A stretch of DNA of 64,000 nt from contig JAXGOV010000010.1 of the NCBI GenBank assembly GCA_040767305.1, forward strand, positions 7,808-71,807, read 5' to 3'. The translations under genes and the position numbers were made by a program. The notes under the pieces are model-generated. The model made no database searches and was not told the DNA's origin. It worked only from the letters and a program-made list of their open reading frames with translations. This DNA is from Candidatus Metalachnospira sp. (lineage in GTDB: Bacteria > Bacillota > Clostridia > Lachnospirales > Anaerotignaceae). Below are positions 49,628 to 60,668 of this stretch, one piece after another (position 1 is the first letter of the stretch; each line of letters begins with the position of its first letter).

Positions 49628-52043
49628 TGTTGGAAAAAGGTGCTGTTATCAGTAAAAGATATCAGATTGTTGAAAAGCTTGGTTCGGGCGGAATGGCCTT
49701 TGCATATAAGGCAAGGGATATGAGGCTTGGCAGATTTGTTACAGTTAAGGTTTTGAAGGATGAATATTCGGAAAATGCAGACTTTCTTACAAAATTCAGT
49801 GCCGAGGCAAGTGCTGCAGCCAGTCTTTCGCATCATAATATAGTTCGTGTTTATGATGTAGGGGAAGACAATGGTGTTAATTATATAGTAATGGAATATA
49901 TTCACGGTCAGTCTCTTAAAAAGACAATTAACGAAAAGGCTCCTTTTGATTCGGTAACTACTCTCAGTGTTGCAATGCAGATTGCTTCTGCGCTTTCACA
50001 CGCACATAAACACCATGTTGTACATAGAGACATCAAGCCTCAGAATATACTTGTTGCAGTTGACGGCACAGTAAAAGTAACTGATTTCGGCATAGCACGT
50101 GCTGCTACTTCAAATACATATCTTGCTGATGTCAACGCTATGGGTTCTGTACACTATTTTTCACCTGAACAGGCAAGAGGCGGATATGTTAATGAAAAGA
50201 GTGATATTTACTCTCTTGGTATCACTATGTATGAAATGGCAACGGGCCATGTACCTTTTGATGCAAGCAGTTCTATTGCGGTTGCTCTTAAGCACTTAAA
50301 TGAAGAGCTTCCTGACATCAAGCAATATAACCCTAAAGTAACAAGAGGACTTGAGGGTATAATAAGAAAAGCAACACAGAAAAAGTCTGATGAAAGATAT
50401 GATAACATTGATATTCTTATATCTGATATAAAGCTTGCAATTATTGAAGCAGTAAGAGAAGAAAAGGGTTCAAAATCTGGCAGCAGAACCGTTAAGGCTG
50501 CTGAAGATAATTCTGAAAATAAAGACGGGCAGAAAAATGACGGAAAAGCAGCAGGAATTATAGGTGCAGCGGCTGCAACTGCAGCTGTCTCTGCAATGGA
50601 CAGTGAATTAGATGATTCAACAGTAGAAGCTCTTACTGCTGAAGAAGATAACCAAGCTATGGAAGGCCAACTTTCTCTTGATATTGGAAATGATGTTGGC
50701 AATGCTGCTAAAACCAATGATGATTGGGATGATTATTATGAAGATGATTTCCCTGATCCAAGTGAGTATCCTGATAGTCCTTATGCTGATGCCGATGATC
50801 ATTATGATGATGATTATTATTATGAAGATGAAGATGAAACGGAAACAGATGCGGAAGAAGAAAACAACGGTGAGCTTAAGGTTGAAATGGCAAATGATAT
50901 TTCAAAGAAAATCAGACTCCCAAAAAGCAGTGTAGGATTTGAAAAATACAGTAAAAAACTCAAACTTAATAATGAAAATGACAGCTACGATGAAGATTAC
51001 GATGACTACGATGATTATAATGACGATGATTATGACAATGAGTTTGCTGATTATTATGAAGAATTTGACGAAGAAAAACGTCAGGAGAAAAAGGTTACAA
51101 TTGCAGCTGTTATAACTGCACTTGTAATAATCGGAGTAATTGTTTTTGTCGGTGTTAGATATTTTAATGTTTTTGGCAATATTTCAAGTATAGTCAATAA
51201 GGATACAACTGTTCCGTCATTTATAGGTATGAATTATGATGAAGCTTCTGAAAAGGCTGATGATTTGGGAATCACTTTAGTTAAGGGTGCAACAGTTGAA
51301 AGCACAGAAGATAAAGATAGTATTCTTTCACAAGATATTGAAGAAGGAACAGATATTACAAAAGGAATGGAAATAATAGTAACAGTAAGCTCAGGCGAGG
51401 AAACATATTCTCTTCCTGATGTTGTTGGCAAAAGCGAAGCTGATGCAATATCAACAATAACAAAAGCACTTCCCAATGCAAATATTGTACTTGAATATCA
51501 AAGTGATGATCAATATGAAGACGGTACGGTTATGAAACAGTCACCGGACGGCAATTCTGATGTTGTAGCATCTGTTGAGGTTGTGCTGACTGTATGCAGA
51601 GACGAGAGCAGCATTAATGCTGTTGTACCAAATGTAGTTGGACTTTCTGAAGAAGATGCAAAAGATAAAATAGTATCAAGCGGACTTACAGTAGGAAATG
51701 TGTCAAGAACAACAAGTTCTACTGTTTCTAAAGGATATGTTATTACACAGACAGCAACTCCTGGTGAAGAGATACTTAAAAGCAGTACGATTGATATTGT
51801 TGTAAGCTCAGGCAGACCTGCGGCTGTAACGAGCAACAGCGGAAACAGCAGTAGCAGCGGAAGTTCCGGTTCAACTCAAAGTACATCGGGCAATACTACA
51901 AATACTAATGATAGTACACCGACAGAAGACACATCATCTTCAGGTGATAACGTAGAAGAGGACGTACCTACAATCGGCAGCAAGATGGGAGATACAACGA
52001 ATACCACAAACAGTGATGCGTTGATTCAAACGCTAATCAGTAA
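49627..52043 (+). CDS. prkC: PASTA-domain Ser/Thr kinase PrkC/Stk1 (probable true stop TAA 52041-52043; reads through into rsgA in this sequence)
   Basis: GSGGMA, HRDIKPQN, DFG, SPEQARG; long acidic linker, TM, three PASTA repeats and Ser/Thr-rich tail. Confidence 0.88.
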
Positions 52044-52068
52044 GCAAAAAACTAAAAAGGGTGAAAAT

Positions 52069-52956
52069 ATGGTAAAAGGCACAATAGTAAAGGGAATAGG
52101 CGGGTTTTATTACATTTCGACCCAAAACGGTGTTTATGAATGCCGTGCAAGGGGAAAATTCAGAAAAGAAGGCATTAAGCCGACCGTCGGCGATATTGTC
52201 AATATCAGTATTCTTGATGAAAAGAATAAAAAGGGCTCACTTGATGAAATAGAGCCAAGGAAAAACTGTCTTATTCGACCGAGAGTTGCCAATATAGACC
52301 AGGCACTTATAGTTTTTGCATCTGTTAGTCCGAATTTTAATCCTGATATAATGGATAGATTTATTGTTCTGGCTGAACAGCAGAAGTTAGATATTATAAT
52401 ATGCATTAACAAAATTGATATAGACACAAATGAAAAATACAAAGAAATATATGATATATACAGTTCGGCTGGATTTGATGTTCTTACGGTCAGTGCTGCC
52501 GAAAAAATCGGTTCCGAAGACCTTATGGCTAGGCTTAAAGGAAAGATATCTGTACTTGCTGGGCCTTCCGGAGTAGGAAAATCAAGCATACTAAATATGA
52601 TTGACCCGGAAATTTCTGCAAAGGTCGGCGAAATAAGCAAAAAGATTGAACGAGGAAAACATACTACACGCCAATCTGAACTTATAGAGCTAGAAACAGA
52701 TACATTTCTTGTTGATTCTCCCGGTTTTACATCACTTGACATGAGCAAAATTGAACCTGATGAACTCCAGTTTTATTTTAGGGAATTTGACAAATACATT
52801 GCTGATTGCCGATTTGCGGGCTGCAAGCATATTAATGAGTCTGAGGAATTCTGCGGTATTAAAGCACAGGTTGGAAAAAATATAAGCGAGTCAAGATACC
52901 AAAGATATAAGGACATTTACAATGAGATAATTGAGGAAAGGAAAAAAATAAAATGA
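52069..52956 (+). CDS. rsgA: Ribosome small subunit-dependent GTPase A (CpgA/RsgA)
   Basis: Own RBS AAGGGTG and ATG 52069; OB fold, NKID, GPSGVGKSS, RGKHTTR, DSPG and C..C.H...C. Confidence 0.93.
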   Translation: MVKGTIVKGIGGFYYISTQNGVYECRARGKFRKEGIKPTVGDIVNISILDEKNKKGSLDEIEPRKNCLIRPRVANIDQALIVFASVSPNFNPDIMDRFIVLAEQQKLDIIICINKIDIDTNEKYKEIYDIYSSAGFDVLTVSAAEKIGSEDLMARLKGKISVLAGPSGVGKSSILNMIDPEISAKVGEISKKIERGKHTTRQSELIELETDTFLVDSPGFTSLDMSKIEPDELQFYFREFDKYIADCRFAGCKHINESEEFCGIKAQVGKNISESRYQRYKDIYNEIIEERKKIK

Positions 52957-53615
52957 AAAAGCTTTCTCCGTCAATGCTCTCTGCCGATTTTGGCAATTTA
53001 AATGAGCAAATCAAAATAATTGAAGACGCCGGATCACAGTATCTGCATATTGATGTTATGGACGGTGTTTTTGTTCCGAATATCAGTTTTGGTGCACCTG
53101 TTTATAAGTGTGTCAGAAAAACAAGCACTATGGTTTTTGATGTCCATCTTATGATAGTTGAGCCGGAAAGATATATTGAAGACTTTGTAAAAGCAGGAGC
53201 AGACATTGTAAACTTTCATGTGGAGGCAACCAAAAATCCAAAAGCGGTTATTGAAAAAATAAAAGGCTATGGAGTTAAAGCAGGTATAACAATCAAACCC
53301 AAAACCGATGTAAGTGCAATTATACCTTATCTTTCCGATGTTGATCTTGTTTTGGTTATGACAGTTGAGCCAGGGTTCGGCGGACAAAAGCTTATGCCTA
53401 AATGTCTCAGCAAAATTACTGAACTTAAAAAGCTTAAAGAAGAAAAAGGCTATACTTATGAAATTGAAGTGGACGGCGGAGTAGGAATTAAAAATATTCA
53501 TGAGGTTATGGAAAGCGGTGTTGACGTAGTTGTTGCAGGCTCAGCCGTATTTGGTGCTGAAGACATTGCTGAAGCCGCAAAGGATTTGCTTAAAGTAATC
53601 AGGGAGTATGATTAA
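52953..53615 (+). CDS. rpe: Ribulose-phosphate 3-epimerase
   Basis: PS.LSADF, HIDVMDG.FVPN, DVHLM, PGFGGQ and EVDGG. Confidence 0.96.
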   Translation: MKKLSPSMLSADFGNLNEQIKIIEDAGSQYLHIDVMDGVFVPNISFGAPVYKCVRKTSTMVFDVHLMIVEPERYIEDFVKAGADIVNFHVEATKNPKAVIEKIKGYGVKAGITIKPKTDVSAIIPYLSDVDLVLVMTVEPGFGGQKLMPKCLSKITELKKLKEEKGYTYEIEVDGGVGIKNIHEVMESGVDVVVAGSAVFGAEDIAEAAKDLLKVIREYD

Positions 53616-53616
53616 A

Positions 53617-54273
53617 ATGAATGCAGTAAACGAAGGCCTTATAAAGGTTGTTATATTTGCTAATGCTGATATAGAAGATTACAGTTTCTGCAGTAAATAT
53701 ATTAAGAACGCAATTATTATATGCTGTGACGGCGGTATGCGCCATACTATGAAGCTTGGCTTGACCCCTGATTATATAGTCGGTGATTTTGACAGCGTTT
53801 CATCTGATGTACTTGATTATTATAAGGAACAGAACGTTGAGCTTAAACAGGTTCCATGCCATAAGGATGAAACAGATATGGAACTTGGTATTAGTCATGC
53901 CATAGAGTTAGGCGCTGACGATATTACTCTTATCGGAGGAATTGGCAGCAGACTTGACCACACGCTTGCAAATATTTTTCAGCTTATCAGAATAGATAAG
54001 CTCGGAATTAATGGCAGAATAGTCAATGAAAAAAACTTAATTACTCTGTGTACTTCAAAAGCCGAAATTCATGGGAATAAGGGTGATTTGGTTTCATTTG
54101 TTCCTATTACAGCAGAAGTAAGCTCAGTAACGACAAAGGGTTTGGAATATCCCCTTGATAACGCAGTATTATTTATGGATTCGCCCAGAGGTATCAGTAA
54201 TGTATTAACGGGCGAGTACGCTGAATATACAATAGAGAGTGGTATGGCGCTTATAATCCGAGCTAAGGATTGA
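53617..54273 (+). CDS. thiN: Thiamine diphosphokinase
   Basis: CDGG, GDFDS, KDETD, G.RLDH and GISN. Confidence 0.93.
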   Translation: MNAVNEGLIKVVIFANADIEDYSFCSKYIKNAIIICCDGGMRHTMKLGLTPDYIVGDFDSVSSDVLDYYKEQNVELKQVPCHKDETDMELGISHAIELGADDITLIGGIGSRLDHTLANIFQLIRIDKLGINGRIVNEKNLITLCTSKAEIHGNKGDLVSFVPITAEVSSVTTKGLEYPLDNAVLFMDSPRGISNVLTGEYAEYTIESGMALIIRAKD

Positions 54274-54374
54274 TTGAGGTACTGTTCTATTTGTATAATA
54301 TTTATATGGAATTATTTCACGAAATGTGTTAATTTATATGTGGTATTAAGTTTAGATAAGGGGATGCACTTTTT

Positions 54375-55079
54375 ATGTACAAAAGAATTATACTTAAGCT
54401 CAGCGGAGAAGCCCTTGCGGGAGATAAAGACGGTGTAATGTATGATGATGATACAATATTTGCCGTTGTTGAGCAGATAAAGTCTATACTTGATATGGGA
54501 ACTCAGGTAGCTCTTGTTATCGGAGGCGGAAATATTTGGCGAGGCAGAAGCTCTAATACTGATATGGACAGAACAAAGGCAGACCAGATAGGAATGCTTG
54601 CAACTGTAATGAATGCAGTATATGTTGCAGATGCTTTTAGACAAAAGGGAATTAAAGCAACTGTTCAGACACCTATTATTATAGGTACAGTCACTGAACA
54701 ATTTTCAAAAGAGGCTGCTTTGAAGCATATTGAAAACGGAGAGGTAGTAATTTTTGCAGCCGGTATCGGACATCCGTATTTCTCAACTGATACAGTTACT
54801 GCACTTAGAGGATGTGAGCTTGATGCCGACATACTTCTTTTTGCAAAAAATGTCGATGGTGTTTACGACAGCGACCCTAAGACAAATCCAAATGCTAAGA
54901 AGATTGATGAAATAAAATGTGAAGATATCATACGTCAGGGGCTGCGTGTAGTTGATACATCTGCTGTGAGCCTTTGTGCGGAGCAGAAAATACCTGTGCT
55001 TATATTTGGCCTTAATGAGGAAAACAGCCTTGTAAGAGCCGTTAAGGGTGAAAAAATCGGAACAGTCGTTACTGTATAA
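54375..55079 (+). CDS. pyrH: UMP kinase
   Basis: LKLSGEAL, GGGNIWRG, GMLATVMN, PYFSTDT and DGVYDSDP. Confidence 0.96.
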   Translation: MYKRIILKLSGEALAGDKDGVMYDDDTIFAVVEQIKSILDMGTQVALVIGGGNIWRGRSSNTDMDRTKADQIGMLATVMNAVYVADAFRQKGIKATVQTPIIIGTVTEQFSKEAALKHIENGEVVIFAAGIGHPYFSTDTVTALRGCELDADILLFAKNVDGVYDSDPKTNPNAKKIDEIKCEDIIRQGLRVVDTSAVSLCAEQKIPVLIFGLNEENSLVRAVKGEKIGTVVTV

Positions 55080-55112
55080 CAAACGTAATTATTAATTTAG
55101 GGAGGTCGGAAA

Positions 55113-55670
55113 ATGTCAAAGGAAACAGCAATCTATGAGGAAAAAATGAAGAAAACTATATTATCTCTTGATAATGAATATGCAACAATACGTGTAGGAA
55201 GAGCTAACCCAAAGGTTCTTGACAGAATTACCGTGGATTATTACGGAACACCTACACCGCTTAACCAGATAGGTAATATTACAGTGCCCGAGGCAAGACT
55301 TATTGAAATCAAACCTTGGGAATCAAGCCTTCTTAAGGCAATTGAAAAAGCTATTAATTCATCCGATCTTGGAATTAACCCTTCAAACGACGGTAAAGTT
55401 ATCAGACTTGTTTTCCCCGAACTTACAGAGGAAAGAAGAAAAGAGCTTACAAAAGAAGTTAAGAAAAAGGGTGAAGAATCAAAAGTTGCAATTAGAAACA
55501 TCAGACGTGATGCTGTTGATGTATTCAAGAAACAGGAAAAGAAGGGTGAATTATCAGAAGATATTCTTGATGACATACTTGATGAAATTCAGAAGCTTAC
55601 TGATAAATACATTACTGAAATTGATAACAAAATTGATTCAAAGAGTAAAGATATCCTTTCTGTTAATTAA
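55113..55670 (+). CDS. frr: Ribosome recycling factor
   Basis: [26 protein letters not shown] and IRNIRRD. Confidence 0.97.
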   Translation: MSKETAIYEEKMKKTILSLDNEYATIRVGRANPKVLDRITVDYYGTPTPLNQIGNITVPEARLIEIKPWESSLLKAIEKAINSSDLGINPSNDGKVIRLVFPELTEERRKELTKEVKKKGEESKVAIRNIRRDAVDVFKKQEKKGELSEDILDDILDEIQKLTDKYITEIDNKIDSKSKDILSVN

Positions 55671-55707
55671 AATCATCAATTACTAATTTAGTTAAAAAGC
55701 TTTTTTT

Positions 55708-55735
55708 CGCACCCCTTTTTAATAAGGGGTGTTTT
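55708..55735 (+). terminator. Candidate terminator after frr
   Basis: GCACCCC / GGGGTGT stem followed by Ts. Confidence 0.55.
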
Positions 55736-55752
55736 ACAATACGGAGGATATT

Positions 55753-56481
55753 ATGCGTTCACTCATTAACGAAATTGATATGTCCAGACTGCCAAAGTCT
55801 ATAGCAATAATAATGGACGGCAACGGAAGATGGGCAAAAAAAAGGCTGCTTCCAAGAAGTCTGGGACATAAAGCAGGTGCAGATACTTTTGAAAAAATAT
55901 CTAAAGCAGCCAACAAAATTGGCATTAAGCATCTGACAGTTTATGCTTTTTCAACGGAAAACTGGAAAAGAAGTGAAGATGAAGTCGGATCAATTATGGA
56001 TTTGCTCAGAAGTTACCTTAACAAGTATATTAAAATGGCTGATAAAGAAAATATTAAAATTGATTTTATTGGTGAAAGAAGCCGACTTGCAGCGGACATT
56101 CAGAAAAAAATAAATGAAATTGAAACTCTCTCAGCAGGTAATACAGGAGTTAATCTTCATATTGCACTTAATTATGGCGGACGTGACGAGATATTAAGAG
56201 GTGTTAGGAAAATAGCGGCAAAGATTGAAAGCGGAGAACTTAAAACCGAAGATATCACTGAGGATACTATTACATCAAGCTTAGACACATATTTTTATCC
56301 TGACCCAGAGCTTGTTATAAGGACAAGCGGTGAAGAGAGAATAAGCAATTTTCTCCTCTGGCAGATAGCTTATTCTGAATTTGTTTTTAATAATAAGTTA
56401 TGGCCGGACTATACAGATGAAGACTTGTATGATGATATTTGCTACTATCAGAATAGGGACAGACGTTTCGGCGGAAGATAA
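55753..56481 (+). CDS. uppS: Undecaprenyl diphosphate synthase
   Basis: IIMDGNGRWA, YAFSTENW.R, NYGGR, IRTSGE.RISNFLLWQ and RRFGG. Confidence 0.96.
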   Translation: MRSLINEIDMSRLPKSIAIIMDGNGRWAKKRLLPRSLGHKAGADTFEKISKAANKIGIKHLTVYAFSTENWKRSEDEVGSIMDLLRSYLNKYIKMADKENIKIDFIGERSRLAADIQKKINEIETLSAGNTGVNLHIALNYGGRDEILRGVRKIAAKIESGELKTEDITEDTITSSLDTYFYPDPELVIRTSGEERISNFLLWQIAYSEFVFNNKLWPDYTDEDLYDDICYYQNRDRRFGGR

Positions 56482-56496
56482 ATAGGAGTTGTTGTT

Positions 56497-57315
56497 ATGA
56501 GGACAAGAATAATTTCAGCATTGGTTGCTCTTCCACTTCTTATTATATTTGTTTCGCTGGGTGGATTGCCGCTTAAAATTGCAGTAACGGTTGTAGCTGT
56601 AATAGGTCTTTATGAGATTTTTAAAGCTTTTTCCGGTTATATAAAGCCAGTGCATTATATTGGATATGGTGCGGCGATATTATATATGGCCTTCATTGAA
56701 AAGATAATATATACTGCATCGTTATTTAATGTTTTTGCAGCACTTTTCCTTGTTGTTATACTTATTTATGTAGTGTTTACACACGAAAGCGGTAATACTA
56801 TGGATGCCATAGTAACGTTCTTCGGCTTTTTCTATGTGTGTTTCCTTGTTTCGCATATATATCTTACAAGAGAGTTTAGCCACGGAAAGGTATTTGTTTG
56901 GCTTATATTTTTCAGTGCTTTCGGCTGTGATGTCGGAGCATATTTTACTGGAATGGCATTTGGAAAGCATAAGCTTGTACCTGAGCTTAGTCCCAAAAAA
57001 ACCATTGAAGGAGCAATCGGCGGTGTTGTAGTTGCAGTTGGTATATGTGTAATTTACGGAGTAATAATTGAATTAACAAATGAACTTTCCGGTGTAGACA
57101 CAGTTCTTTTGTGTTTCCTTACAGGACTTATTGGCTCAATTATTTCTCAGATTGGTGATTTAGCTGCCTCTGCAATGAAAAGATACACGGGAATAAAAGA
57201 TTTTGGGAAGATTATGCCGGGACACGGCGGCGTGCTTGATAGATTTGACAGTGTGCTTTTAACAGCACCAACGGTTTACTATATCATGTTTTATTTGACT
57301 AAAGTAAACGTATAA
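56497..57315 (+). CDS. cdsA: Phosphatidate cytidylyltransferase
   Basis: D..AYF.G, SPKKT.EG, GDL..S.MKR..GIKDFG..PGHGG.LDRFD. Confidence 0.95.
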   Translation: MRTRIISALVALPLLIIFVSLGGLPLKIAVTVVAVIGLYEIFKAFSGYIKPVHYIGYGAAILYMAFIEKIIYTASLFNVFAALFLVVILIYVVFTHESGNTMDAIVTFFGFFYVCFLVSHIYLTREFSHGKVFVWLIFFSAFGCDVGAYFTGMAFGKHKLVPELSPKKTIEGAIGGVVVAVGICVIYGVIIELTNELSGVDTVLLCFLTGLIGSIISQIGDLAASAMKRYTGIKDFGKIMPGHGGVLDRFDSVLLTAPTVYYIMFYLTKVNV

Positions 57316-57336
57316 ATCTAACGGAGGAAATACTAA

Positions 57337-58497
57337 ATGGCTGAAAATATATCTATACTCGGCTCGACAGGTTCTATAGGAACACAGACACTTGAAGTAG
57401 TGAGAGAAATAGGCAAAATAAATATCTGTGCTCTTACAGCAAACAGCAACATTGAACTTCTTGAAAAGCAAATCAGGGAGTTTAAACCCCAAATTGCGGC
57501 TGTTATGGACGATAAGAAGGCAGCTATACTTAAACAAAGAGTATCTGACTGTAATACAAAAGTATTATGCGGTATGGAAGGTTTGGTTGAGGCTGCTGTT
57601 TTTTCTGGCAGCGATACAGTTGTTACCTCTGTTGTTGGAAATATTGGTATAGTACCGACATTTGAAGCGATAAAAGCCGGTAAAAATATTGCACTTGCAA
57701 ATAAGGAAACACTTGTTTCAGCCGGTGAGCTTATTATGGATACCGTAAAAAAATACGGTGTTAAAATATATCCTGTTGACAGTGAGCATTCGGCTATTTT
57801 TCAGAGCCTTCAAGGCAATGAAGGAAATAAAATAAGACGTATTTTGCTTACTGCCTCAGGCGGACCTTTTAGAGGAAAAACTCGTGAAGAGTTAATTGGT
57901 GTTAAGGCTGAAAATGCGCTTAAGCACCCAAACTGGAGTATGGGAAAAAAGGTGACCATTGATTCATCAACACTGATGAACAAAGGTCTTGAAGTCATTG
58001 AGGCAAAATGGCTTTTTGGAGTTGATGTAGATGATATTGAGGTTCTTGTTCATCCTCAAAGCATCGTTCACTCAGCTGTAGAATATGAAGACGGTGCAGT
58101 TATTGCACAGATGGGTGAGCCGGATATGCGTGTTCCTATTCAATACGCATTAACTTATCCAAAGAGAGTTAAAAACAGTTTTCCGAAAATTGATTTTTCG
58201 ATTCGTAGCTCTCTTACTTTTGAAAAACCTGATACTGATACATTTAAATGTTTATCACTTGCATATAAAGCTGTTAAGTGCGGCGGAACTATGCCGACAG
58301 TTATGAATGGTGCAAATGAGATAGCAGTTCAGGCCTTTCTTGACGGTAAAACCAGTTTTTTAAGCATCGCTGATATAATAGAAAAAACGATGGCTTCATA
58401 TACTGTTAAATATAATTACTCAGTCGAGGACCTTGTCGAGGCTGATAAATGGGCAAGGGCATTTTCCTTTAGGCTGATAAAAAATAAGGAGATATAA
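57337..58497 (+). CDS. dxr: 1-deoxy-D-xylulose-5-phosphate reductoisomerase
   Basis: GSTGSIG, LANKE, PVDSEH, TASGGPF, HPNWSMG and MNKGLE. Confidence 0.96.
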   Translation: MAENISILGSTGSIGTQTLEVVREIGKINICALTANSNIELLEKQIREFKPQIAAVMDDKKAAILKQRVSDCNTKVLCGMEGLVEAAVFSGSDTVVTSVVGNIGIVPTFEAIKAGKNIALANKETLVSAGELIMDTVKKYGVKIYPVDSEHSAIFQSLQGNEGNKIRRILLTASGGPFRGKTREELIGVKAENALKHPNWSMGKKVTIDSSTLMNKGLEVIEAKWLFGVDVDDIEVLVHPQSIVHSAVEYEDGAVIAQMGEPDMRVPIQYALTYPKRVKNSFPKIDFSIRSSLTFEKPDTDTFKCLSLAYKAVKCGGTMPTVMNGANEIAVQAFLDGKTSFLSIADIIEKTMASYTVKYNYSVEDLVEADKWARAFSFRLIKNKEI

Positions 58498-58499
58498 AA

Positions 58500-59588
58500 T
58501 TGTCGATTATTTTATCTATTATTGTATTTTCGCTTATTGTAATTGTTCACGAGCTCGGGCATTTCCTTGTAGCGAAAAAGGTGGGTATTTGTGTACAGGA
58601 ATTTGCAGTAGGAATGGGACCTGTTTTGGTTTCTAAACAAATAGGGGAAACACAATATTCTCTTCGTATACTCCCTTTCGGCGGATTTTGCAGAATGCAG
58701 GGGGAAGAAAGTGACGAAGAAGAAAGTCATGGAAGTTATGATCCGTCACGCTCTTTCAGCAGAAAAACAGTACTGCAGAGAATGGCGGTTATTTTTTCAG
58801 GACCGGCTATGAATTTTGTTCTGGCGTTTGTCCTTATTTTCATCATACTCAGTTTAAGCGGTTTTTTTGTACCCAATATAAATACTGTGTATGATAATTC
58901 TCCTGCACAAGAAGCCGGCTTAGAAAAAGGAGATAAAATTATTAAGGTTAACGGACATAGGATATTTATTTATCAGGATTATACAATGGCACTTGACGGT
59001 CGTGATGCAAATGAGCCTATTGACTTCGTTATACTTCATAACGGTGAGAAAAAATCAGTTACTATAACACCTGAATACTCTGAAGAAAACAGCAGATATA
59101 TGGTAGGGTTTACATTTGATGCCCACTATGGCTTGCTTGGAGATAAAGTCGAAGGATACACTCGTGCAGGCATTGCCAATACCGCAGTCGCTGATGTTGG
59201 GTTAATGTCGTATTTTGTTAAATCGGTAGTAGTCGGCTTTGTAAAGCTATTTTCATTTCAGGTTAAATCCAATGAGGTTTCCGGTCCTATCGGAATAATA
59301 GGCGCAATCGGTGATTCTTATGAGGCAGGCATAAAATACAGCACTACAGATGCTTTTATTAATTTAGCAACATTGTCAGCGCTATTAAGCACAAATCTTG
59401 GTGTTCTTAATCTTTTTCCAATACCTGCAATGGATGGTGGCAAATTGGCGTTTCTTTTTGTCGAAGGCTTTAGGAAAAAACCTGTCAACCCAGATATAGA
59501 AGGACGCATTCATTTTGCAGGATTTGTTCTGCTCATGGTGTTTATGGTAGTTGTTGCGTTTAATGACATTGTTAATATAATACGGTGA
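58500..59588 (+). CDS. rseP: RIP metalloprotease RseP
   Basis: HELGH, F.VGMGP, GP.MN, PDZ-like segment and [11 protein letters not shown]. Confidence 0.93.
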   Translation: MSIILSIIVFSLIVIVHELGHFLVAKKVGICVQEFAVGMGPVLVSKQIGETQYSLRILPFGGFCRMQGEESDEEESHGSYDPSRSFSRKTVLQRMAVIFSGPAMNFVLAFVLIFIILSLSGFFVPNINTVYDNSPAQEAGLEKGDKIIKVNGHRIFIYQDYTMALDGRDANEPIDFVILHNGEKKSVTITPEYSEENSRYMVGFTFDAHYGLLGDKVEGYTRAGIANTAVADVGLMSYFVKSVVVGFVKLFSFQVKSNEVSGPIGIIGAIGDSYEAGIKYSTTDAFINLATLSALLSTNLGVLNLFPIPAMDGGKLAFLFVEGFRKKPVNPDIEGRIHFAGFVLLMVFMVVVAFNDIVNIIR

Positions 59589-59593
59589 TTGAT

Positions 59594-60649
59594 ATGAAAT
59601 ATAAAAGAAAAGTTACAAGAGAAGTTAATATCGGCGGTGTAAAAATCGGTGGCAGTAATCCTATTGCTATTCAGTCTATGTGCAACACAGATACACGTGA
59701 TGTTAAAGAAACAGTTGAGCAGATAAAGAGACTTGAAAATTCAGGATGCGAGATAATCAGAGTAGCCGTTCCCGATATGCAGGCTGCAGAAGCCATAAAA
59801 GATATTAAAAGTCAAATAGATATTCCGCTTGTAGCTGATATCCATTTTGACTACCGCCTTGCGCTTAAGGCAATAGACGGCGGAGTAGATAAAATACGTA
59901 TAAACCCCGGTAATATCGGCAGCGAGGATAGAGTTAAACAAGTTGCTGACATGGCAAAAAAGAACGGCATACCTATAAGAATTGGTGTAAATTCCGGCTC
60001 CCTTGAAAAACACTTAGTTGAAAAGTATGGCGGTGTTACACCTGAAGGACTTGTGGAAAGCGCCCTTGGACATGTAAAGTTGCTTGAAAAATATGATTTT
60101 TACGATACAGTAATATCTATAAAAGCATCAAGTGTCCCGTTTTCAATTGAAGTTTATGATCTTCTTTCAAATACAGTTGATTACCCTTTGCATGTCGGAA
60201 TTACAGAGGCCGGCACGGTATGGGGCGGAACGATTAAGTCAGCTGTCGGCATAGGCGCAATACTTTCAAAGGGTATAGGTGACACAATAAGAGTATCTCT
60301 TACAGGCGATCCTGTTGAGGAAATAGGTGCGGCAAAAGAGATTTTAAAATCGCTTGAGCTTCGTAAATTCGGAGTGGATTTTGTGTCATGCCCAACTTGC
60401 GGAAGAACGTGCATTGACCTGATAAAAATAGCCAATGAGGTTGAAAGCAGGGTTAAAAATATAGATAAGAACATTAAAGTTGCAGTAATGGGCTGTGCCG
60501 TTAACGGACCGGGAGAAGCAAGAGAAGCTGATATCGGAATCGCCGGCGGCAACGGTGAGGGACTTATTTTTAAGAAAGGACAAATATTAAGAAAAGTTCC
60601 TGAAAACATGCTTGTAGATGAGCTTATGAAAGAAATAGATAAGCTTTAA
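59594..60649 (+). CDS. ispG: HMBPP synthase
   Basis: QSM.NT, ADIHF, RINPGN, HVG.TEAG, CPTCGR and MGC.VNGPGE. Confidence 0.96.
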   Translation: MKYKRKVTREVNIGGVKIGGSNPIAIQSMCNTDTRDVKETVEQIKRLENSGCEIIRVAVPDMQAAEAIKDIKSQIDIPLVADIHFDYRLALKAIDGGVDKIRINPGNIGSEDRVKQVADMAKKNGIPIRIGVNSGSLEKHLVEKYGGVTPEGLVESALGHVKLLEKYDFYDTVISIKASSVPFSIEVYDLLSNTVDYPLHVGITEAGTVWGGTIKSAVGIGAILSKGIGDTIRVSLTGDPVEEIGAAKEILKSLELRKFGVDFVSCPTCGRTCIDLIKIANEVESRVKNIDKNIKVAVMGCAVNGPGEAREADIGIAGGNGEGLIFKKGQILRKVPENMLVDELMKEIDKL

Positions 60650-60668
60650 AAAAGTACGGTGATAAATT

